Assembly: GCA_950072105.1 (NCBI GenBank)
Contig: CATMOE010000008.1
Span: forward strand, 21,797 to 85,796
Direction of reading: 5' to 3'
Origin: an uncultured Dehalococcoidia bacterium
GTDB lineage: Bacteria > Chloroflexota > Dehalococcoidia > Lucifugimonadales > UBA3495
Length of the DNA: 64,000 nucleotides
Shown here: positions 57,924 through 64,000 of the stretch, piece after piece
Numbering within the stretch: position 1 is the first letter of the stretch
How the letters are laid out: the number at the start of each line of letters is the position of its first letter
The notes under the pieces: generated by a model
What the model was told of the DNA's origin: nothing
What the model saw: the letters and a program-made list of their open reading frames with translations, nothing else
Database searches by the model: none
Position numbers and translations under genes: made by a program

Positions 57924-60266
57924 ATGACAGAGCAACACTCGGTGCAAGAGCAGACGTTCAGTCTGATGGAAAAGACGATCGACGAGATCCACGCGGCGAT
58001 AAAGTCGGGGCAGACAACCTGTGTAGCGATCGTGCGGCAATACTTAGACCGGGTACGAGCCTACAACGGTGTCGCCAGCATGCTGGTCACCGAAGATGGA
58101 GCGGCCGTTCCGGAAGCCCCAGGCGTAGTTCGGGGGAGGCAGCCCCTACGCTTTCCCACAGAAACTGTCAAAGCCTCGACCGTCTTGCCCGATCTCGACA
58201 GATACCAAGGACCGCCGTTGGAATACGGCCGCATGGAGCCGACTTCATCCGATCCCACGGTATCCCAGCAATTCGGAATGATCGGCGGGATACCGAACGC
58301 CGGACAGGTAAACGCCCTTGCCACGCTGAATATAAGGGGCGAACGGTCGGTCACGTGCAAAGGAGACTTCGACCGGCATGTCAACGAGGGCCCCCTTCCC
58401 CCCGGAGCGCCTCCGGTTTGCGAACACTTCCGCCTGATGCCCGACGCCCTAGAGCGGGCCGCCGAGCTAGACGCGGCTTACGGAAGCAACCCCGACCTGG
58501 AAAAGATGCCGATGTATGGCGTGGTGTTTTCCTTCAAGGACCCTTTCGACACCAAAGACATGCGCTCTACCGGTGGCGGTGACGCGCATTACGACATCGA
58601 CTTTCCGGCACGGGATCACGTGCTGGTGGAGCAGCTTCGGGAAAAAGGCGGGATCATCTTCGCCAAGGCGGTCAACACGGAGTACAACGGACGGGCCGGG
58701 GACCCCGGTGGCCGCAACGATCCTGATAAAGTGCTGCCGTCGGTGCTGGGGTACCAGCGCAGCACTTGGGCCGGCAATCCTTCCAACCCCTACGACACCA
58801 CCCGCTCGGCGTCTTTGGGATCGAGCTCGGGCTCTGCTTTGTCGGTCAGCACTAACATGGTTATGGCCAGCCTGGGGGAAGAAACACGAGCGTCAACCCG
58901 GGGACCGTCAAACCACAATTCGGTGGCGCTTATACTGCCCCACAAGTCGCTGATAGGCTTTGACGGGGGCGCCATCGGCGCCGACATATACTGCGACCGC
59001 AGCGGCATCATCTGCCGCACTATCGGCGACTGCGCTAAAGTCCTAGACGCCCTGAAGGACCCATCCGAAGGTTACTACGACCCCCGCGACCCATTCACCA
59101 CCGTGCCGCGCTCGTCCGTGTTAAGCACAACCTTCGCCAGTCACGCATCTACGACCGGCGCGACCGGCGCGCTTAAGGGTATCCGCATCGGTATCATTCG
59201 GGAGTCCATGGTCTTCCCGGCCGGCTCCAATACCGAGACGCCCATCGTCTCCGCCGCCGCACGGGAGATCAAGACCGTCCTCAGTGACAAGCTTGGGGCC
59301 ACCCTGGTGGAATCGTCCGACCCTCTTTGGGAAAGGGACCCGGAAATCGAATCCATGAAAACGGATTTCCGGCGCGCCTTGGCCCGTCTGGTCCCAGTAT
59401 TCATGCCGGAGCTGTTATTTCGGATGAGGCCCGATGGACAACCCCTTTTCGAGGAGTTCGCGGCGGCCATCCTTCCCACCGAATTCATGCCTGGAAAGAT
59501 TTTCGGCTCGGGCACGATGCAGCCCATCGACTATTTCGTCGAGTTGGCGGACGGCCGGATAGAACCGCCCTTGAACCTGAACATCGCCACCGTCCAACAG
59601 CAGGAGTTGGCGATGGCGTTCCGGTACCATATCCCCCAGTACCTATCGCGCCGCGCCGCCGACTGGAAGGAGTTGGGTTTCACGGAAACGCTGGTCGATT
59701 TCCCCACCCTCAACCAGCGGTCCAAGTTCTGGGGCGACGACCATCGCGCCGCCTTCAAGAATTGGGAAGAAGTGACCGACCCGCGCAATCCCCACGGGCA
59801 GCGTCAAGGGGTAAATGAGCGGATAATGCTGCGTGAATTGCTGCGCCGGGTGGATATGATGGTGCTGATAGAGAATCACCTGGACGCACTGGTCCGCCTG
59901 CACACGCCCTTTCCGCCGGCCAAGATCGGCGGCCCCAGTCAGCACGGAATCTCGGGGAATCTGCGTTTAGAATCGTTCAACGGTCCAAACGCGGGCCTGA
60001 CGGAAGTCCTGATCCCGGCTGGCTACGTCACAACCGTCTACGACCCAGTATTCCAACTCAGCCCCGACGGCGCCCGCTACCTGTCCGTCCCCTCCAACGT
60101 CCCAACAACCATCCCGGAGCCGGGATTACCCTTCTCCCTGGTGTTCCGCGCCGACCCTGGCAAAGAAGACATCATCCTAAAGATTGCCTCAGCCTACGAA
60201 GCGGCCTCAAAACGCCGCGTTCCACCACCGGATTTTGGGGCGGTGCCTGGGACGAATCCGGGGTAG
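57924..60266 (+). CDS. Amidase signature family protein
   Basis: TIDEIHAAIKSG, FKDPFDT (Lys), GSSSGS, GEETRAS, AYEAASKRRVPP. Confidence 0.88.
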   Translation: MTEQHSVQEQTFSLMEKTIDEIHAAIKSGQTTCVAIVRQYLDRVRAYNGVASMLVTEDGAAVPEAPGVVRGRQPLRFPTETVKASTVLPDLDRYQGPPLEYGRMEPTSSDPTVSQQFGMIGGIPNAGQVNALATLNIRGERSVTCKGDFDRHVNEGPLPPGAPPVCEHFRLMPDALERAAELDAAYGSNPDLEKMPMYGVVFSFKDPFDTKDMRSTGGGDAHYDIDFPARDHVLVEQLREKGGIIFAKAVNTEYNGRAGDPGGRNDPDKVLPSVLGYQRSTWAGNPSNPYDTTRSASLGSSSGSALSVSTNMVMASLGEETRASTRGPSNHNSVALILPHKSLIGFDGGAIGADIYCDRSGIICRTIGDCAKVLDALKDPSEGYYDPRDPFTTVPRSSVLSTTFASHASTTGATGALKGIRIGIIRESMVFPAGSNTETPIVSAAAREIKTVLSDKLGATLVESSDPLWERDPEIESMKTDFRRALARLVPVFMPELLFRMRPDGQPLFEEFAAAILPTEFMPGKIFGSGTMQPIDYFVELADGRIEPPLNLNIATVQQQELAMAFRYHIPQYLSRRAADWKELGFTETLVDFPTLNQRSKFWGDDHRAAFKNWEEVTDPRNPHGQRQGVNERIMLRELLRRVDMMVLIENHLDALVRLHTPFPPAKIGGPSQHGISGNLRLESFNGPNAGLTEVLIPAGYVTTVYDPVFQLSPDGARYLSVPSNVPTTIPEPGLPFSLVFRADPGKEDIILKIASAYEAASKRRVPPPDFGAVPGTNPG

Positions 60267-60346
60267 CTGTTCTAGGTTAATGTTCTATACTGAATCCTGG
60301 CAATGAGCTCCATCGGTCGAATTTCCAACCTCAAGGAGACTAACGC

Positions 60347-60598
60347 ATGAGCGTATATTGGAAAACCGTTAATAGGGGACAGAACCTGATCCTCAGCGAA
60401 GAAGAAGGGAAGGAAGAGATCGTCGGCGGGTACCGCGATACCAAGCGTGGTATCGACGCCTACGCTCAGACTTTTAGCTACGACCCCGGCCGCTCCCAGA
60501 AGGGGTTCGACACCATCGAAGACGCCAAGGAATTTGTAGAAGCTTTTAGGCCGTGGGAGATTCATGGTGTCTTTGACGTTACAGTCGACCGCGAATGA
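60347..60598 (+). CDS. Hypothetical protein
   Basis: AAGGAG RBS and ATG; coding-like composition; no recognisable motif. Confidence 0.6.
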   Translation: MSVYWKTVNRGQNLILSEEEGKEEIVGGYRDTKRGIDAYAQTFSYDPGRSQKGFDTIEDAKEFVEAFRPWEIHGVFDVTVDRE

Positions 60599-60886
60599 GA
60601 GGCGGCTTCCGAATCGAGTGCAACTGCCGGCCCTGACGCTTCCGAGCATCCCGGCGAATCTCCGGAGCCTGATTCTCGAACGGCTGCAACCGCCAGATCT
60701 GCTCCGGCTGCACAACCCACCGAGCCCGTTGTTCCGGAACAGATGTCTCGAAAAAGCTGGTGGCAGTTCTGGAAGAAGGGTTAGGCGGATGCCGGCGCAG
60801 GCTAGTCACTAACGTTCCGCATCCCTTCCTCACCAAGAGCGGCGTGTGCTAATCTGTACCGGATATTTTTCAAGGAGTGATGATCA

Positions 60887-61981
60887 ATGGGTCCATTAGG
60901 ACTTTCTGAATACAAGCCGGAGCAAGCCTACCTGGGTTATACCCTTTTCACACCGATGCAAACCCAGGAGGCCTACCTGATCGATATGCGTGGCAACGTC
61001 GTCCAGAGATGGGAGCTACTCTACCGTCCGGGCGACTACGGATACCTGCTGGAGAACGGAAACCTTCTTATGTCCGGCCGCACCAACAAAGGCCCTGTGG
61101 AGATCGGCGGCCGGGGCGGCATCATCATGGAGATCGACTGGGCTGGAAATAAGGTGTGGGAGTACGTTGAAGATACGCTCCACCACGACTTCTGCCGTAT
61201 GGACAACGGCAACACCATGGTCTTGGGATGGGAGCAGGTACCGGCCGACGTGGAGAAAAAGGTCCGGGGAGGCATCGCCGGGCCCACGGAGAAGGGCCTA
61301 TGGTGCGACTATTTCCGTGAAGTAGCTCCCAACGGAGCAACCGTCTGGGAGTGGCACGGTTTCGAGAACCTGGATCCGGAGGCCGATGCTATCTGCCCCC
61401 TTCACCACCGCGATGAGTGGACCCACACCAACACCTGCGAGGTACTTCCCAACGGCAACATCATGACCAGCTTCCGGCTGCTGGACACCGTTGGCATCAT
61501 CGACAAGAGCACGGGAGATTTCGTCTGGAAGTGGGGCCGGGGAGAACTAGGCCATCAGCACGACCCCAACTTGTTGGAAAACGGCAACGTGCTAATCTTC
61601 GACAACGGCTGGCATTCGGTCTCCGCCCCCATGCCCTCTTCCCGAATCATCGAAATCGAGCCCAATAGTAATGAGATTAAATGGGAGTACAAGACCAAAC
61701 CGGGTTGGGATTTCTTCAGCTCTTTCATAAGCGGCGCGCAACGGCAGCCCAATGGCAACACTCTGATATGCGAGGGCATGAAAGGCCGGATTTTCGAGGT
61801 GACGAACGAAGGAGAGATCGTTTGGCAATACGTGAACCCTTTCTTCGGCGATGACGCCCGGTTCGGCCGCTCTAACACGGTCTTTCGGGCTTACCGGTAC
61901 GGCCCGGACTTCCCAGCATTCAAAGGGAAAGACTTGGACCCTGGAAGGTTCGCCTGGCTTAACAACCTGCATCGCCCGTAG
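60887..61981 (+). CDS. Arylsulfotransferase (ASST)-like beta-propeller protein
   Basis: HHDF, WTHTN, HQHDP, FDNG, SGAQRQPNGNTLICEG, FRAYRY. Confidence 0.85.
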   Translation: MGPLGLSEYKPEQAYLGYTLFTPMQTQEAYLIDMRGNVVQRWELLYRPGDYGYLLENGNLLMSGRTNKGPVEIGGRGGIIMEIDWAGNKVWEYVEDTLHHDFCRMDNGNTMVLGWEQVPADVEKKVRGGIAGPTEKGLWCDYFREVAPNGATVWEWHGFENLDPEADAICPLHHRDEWTHTNTCEVLPNGNIMTSFRLLDTVGIIDKSTGDFVWKWGRGELGHQHDPNLLENGNVLIFDNGWHSVSAPMPSSRIIEIEPNSNEIKWEYKTKPGWDFFSSFISGAQRQPNGNTLICEGMKGRIFEVTNEGEIVWQYVNPFFGDDARFGRSNTVFRAYRYGPDFPAFKGKDLDPGRFAWLNNLHRP

Positions 61982-62039
61982 CCAACCGGCAAGATCAATT
62001 TCCCACTCAGCCAAAGTATGGAACCAGGCTGGAAAACAG

Positions 62040-62070
62040 AAAGAACCCCAGGTTGACCCTGGGGTTCTTT
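62040..62070. terminator. Bidirectional intrinsic terminator
   Basis: AAAGAACCCCAGG-TTGAC-CCTGGGGTTCTTT between convergent genes. Confidence 0.8.
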
Positions 62071-62148
62071 CCGTTTTGCTACTAACGCGGATGTCCCACT
62101 TTATGGACGGAACATACGGCCGCCGGTATATTTTTACATCGAATAGGA

Positions 62149-62904
62149 CTAGCTCAGGTTATTCTCCAAGAAGGTGAAGATCTTGCTCCAACCGTCCACT
62201 GCCTGCTCTTGGCGGTAGTTCGGCGTATGGTAGTAGAAGAAACCGTGGCCGGCGCCATCGTACCGGTGGAAATCATATTTCTTGCCAGCCGCTTTTAACT
62301 TTTCTTCATGCTGGTTCACCTGCTCTGGCGTCGGCGCCTGGTCATCGTTGCCGAATATCCCCAGAAGCGGACAGCTCAAGTCATTCGTGAAGTCTATCGG
62401 CGCCACCGGCTGGTTATCGGTCAGGTCGTCCCCAGAAGCGACGACACGGCCTCCCCAGCACTCTATCGCCGCGTCAAAGCCCTTGATCCGGCAGGCGGAG
62501 AGGAAAGACAGGCGTCCCCCGGAACAGGTACCGAAGATGCCGACTTTGCCGTTGAGGTTGGGCAAGGCGCGAAGGTACTGCATCGCCCCTTCCAAGTCTC
62601 CCAGCGCCTGGGCATCTGGGATACCCCCGGCAGCCCGGACCCTGGCGCCCACCTCGTAGGGTTCCCCGTCGCCGTCCCGATGGTACAAGTTGGGGGATAT
62701 GGTTACGTAGCCGTGGTGGGCATACCGGCGCGCCGCCTCCCGGTACCATTCGTCCCAGCCGGGAGCGTGGTGGATCAACACCATCCCTGGGAATGGCCCC
62801 GCACCCAGAGGCTTGGCGATGTAGGCGTTGATCGCGTCACCGTTGTGACCGCAGATGGAAGTAGTTTCTGCCAGCATGCCTTCGTACATGTCAGTGGTAT
62901 ACAT
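62149..62904 (-). CDS. Dienelactone hydrolase family protein
   Basis: GTCSGG nucleophile elbow, GNDD, YDGAGHGF. Confidence 0.9.
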   Translation of the reverse strand: MYTTDMYEGMLAETTSICGHNGDAINAYIAKPLGAGPFPGMVLIHHAPGWDEWYREAARRYAHHGYVTISPNLYHRDGDGEPYEVGARVRAAGGIPDAQALGDLEGAMQYLRALPNLNGKVGIFGTCSGGRLSFLSACRIKGFDAAIECWGGRVVASGDDLTDNQPVAPIDFTNDLSCPLLGIFGNDDQAPTPEQVNQHEEKLKAAGKKYDFHRYDGAGHGFFYYHTPNYRQEQAVDGWSKIFTFLENNLS

Positions 62905-62980
62905 TGAAGAACCCCCGATTCAAAAGATGGTTACAGCTTGATTCCGTTTTGCCTCCGAGTCAATCCCAAAGTCGTTGCCG

Positions 62981-63538
62981 TTACCTCTGCCTTGGTTGCA
63001 AGAACTTGAATTCCCCGAACATGGTGGCGCTATGGCCCGGGAATGTACAGACAAAATCGTAGATCCCCGCGATCTGACCTTTAAACTTTATCTCGTCCGA
63101 TTCGCCTGGATTCAGTAATTTGGTGTGGGCGATGATCCGGTCATCATCTGGCTGTATCCAGCCGTTGGCCGCGCCTGCTTCGGCGCCGGCAGCTACTACG
63201 GCGTCTTTAGTCCCTGGTTTAACCAATACCCAGTTATGTTGATTGACTGCGGAAGCGTTGGAGAAAGTTACCGTCACCGAATAAATGGCCGTTTCTTGCA
63301 ATCTGGCTCTGTCGAACTTCAATTCATCGCCAATCGTACTGATGTGGGGCCGGGCCCGCTTGCTTTTGGCTACGGAATCCTCCCCTGCCGAGGCAAGGAT
63401 GTCCGGAACAGCGGAAGAAGCCGCAGCGGCTGGAGCTGCCACGGGTACAGCGGTAGGTTCTGCGGCGCCACCGCAAGCTATGACCTAAACTAGCGCCGTC
63501 ATTATCAATACCAGCAGCAAAAATGCCGGAAGTTTCAT
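62981..63538 (-). pseudogene. Auracyanin/azurin-like blue copper lipoprotein with an amber codon in the signal peptide
   Basis: MKLPAFLLLVLIMTALV*VIAC (TAG 63485-63487, lipobox VIAC); QHNWV and CTFPGHSATM type-1 Cu ligands. Confidence 0.75.
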
Positions 63539-63777
63539 CGGGTTCACCCCTTGAGAAAACTATTTTGACTGGGGCATTATAACGCCCGCGACCGGATTCT
63601 AGCCAGCCTCGGGCTTAGATTAGGGCTTGGTTTCCGCAGACCAACGATGCCTCCAACCTGCAGTGAGCCACAAGAGAATTATCGGCCGCGTAGCTCGATA
63701 GACATCAGGAAAGTCTAGTCAAAGTTTGGCATGGTAAGTTTTTCCACCAGATAATCCAGCAGGGGATGTTTTTGAAC

Positions 63778-64000
63778 TGTTGGCAACCAGCAAAAGTGGG
63801 ACACTTTTGTTAAGGAGAGATCAGGGGGATGTGGCAGTATTGTAGGACTCCCGGCGCTGCCGGTTGTAGCGTTTGCGCCATTGTAAAGTCTGAGCTTTCA
63901 CCTCCCTTCTTCTGATCAAGATCCCTTCCCGTCTTCCCCTTAAGACATCATCCGGGGTCACGTTGCTCAGGGCTTTGTGATAGCGACGGTGGTTGTAGTA
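63778..64000 (-). mobile_element. Right end of an IS481/IS3-like insertion sequence (truncated by the window)
   Basis: Transposase C-terminus YYNHRRYHKALSNVTP.. ending at TGA 63821-63823; candidate terminus ..GTTGCCAACA ending 63778. Confidence 0.75.

Noticed and set aside
63485..63487. TAG as pyrrolysine
   Set aside because: Falls in a signal-peptide hydrophobic core; no pyl genes are visible and TAG ends many genes in the window.

Overview
GC-rich bacterial chromosomal segment. Gene content (LLM/F420-type oxidoreductase, enolase, amidase and ASST catabolic genes, AAA-LuxR regulators, auracyanin-like cupredoxin, GAAC-N4-GTTC-type SOS box) suggests Chloroflexota, probably Dehalococcoidia/SAR202-like (inference). 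In order: an anaerobic-route corrin operon (hemA-cbiC-cbiX-cbiD-cbiT-cbiL-cbiF-cbiG-cbiH); alaS-ruvX; tRNA-Gln; moxR/DUF58/DUF4129; an ino1-pimA-pgsA phosphatidylinositol(-mannoside) cluster; dnaJ-prmA followed by a kinase-like/PP2C pair; rny-ymdB-PHP-plsY; recA-recX; a catabolic accessory region (about 42-63 kb); and the end of an IS. Highlights: (1) a 417-bp inverted-repeat-bounded GxxExxY nuclease cassette with a TA duplication that took over the cbiH start codon and supplies a replacement start from its own repeat; (2) a Cro-like HTH-Ino1 fusion with a palindromic operator inside its own leaderless promoter; (3) a probable C-terminal UXX* selenoprotein with a SECIS-like hairpin; (4) a secreted protein with five GEExF(H/N)PVTGE repeats next to a disrupted AAA-LuxR gene; (5) several REP-like elements, one inserted in-frame in alaS. 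All annotations come from motif recognition by eye; no searches were run.
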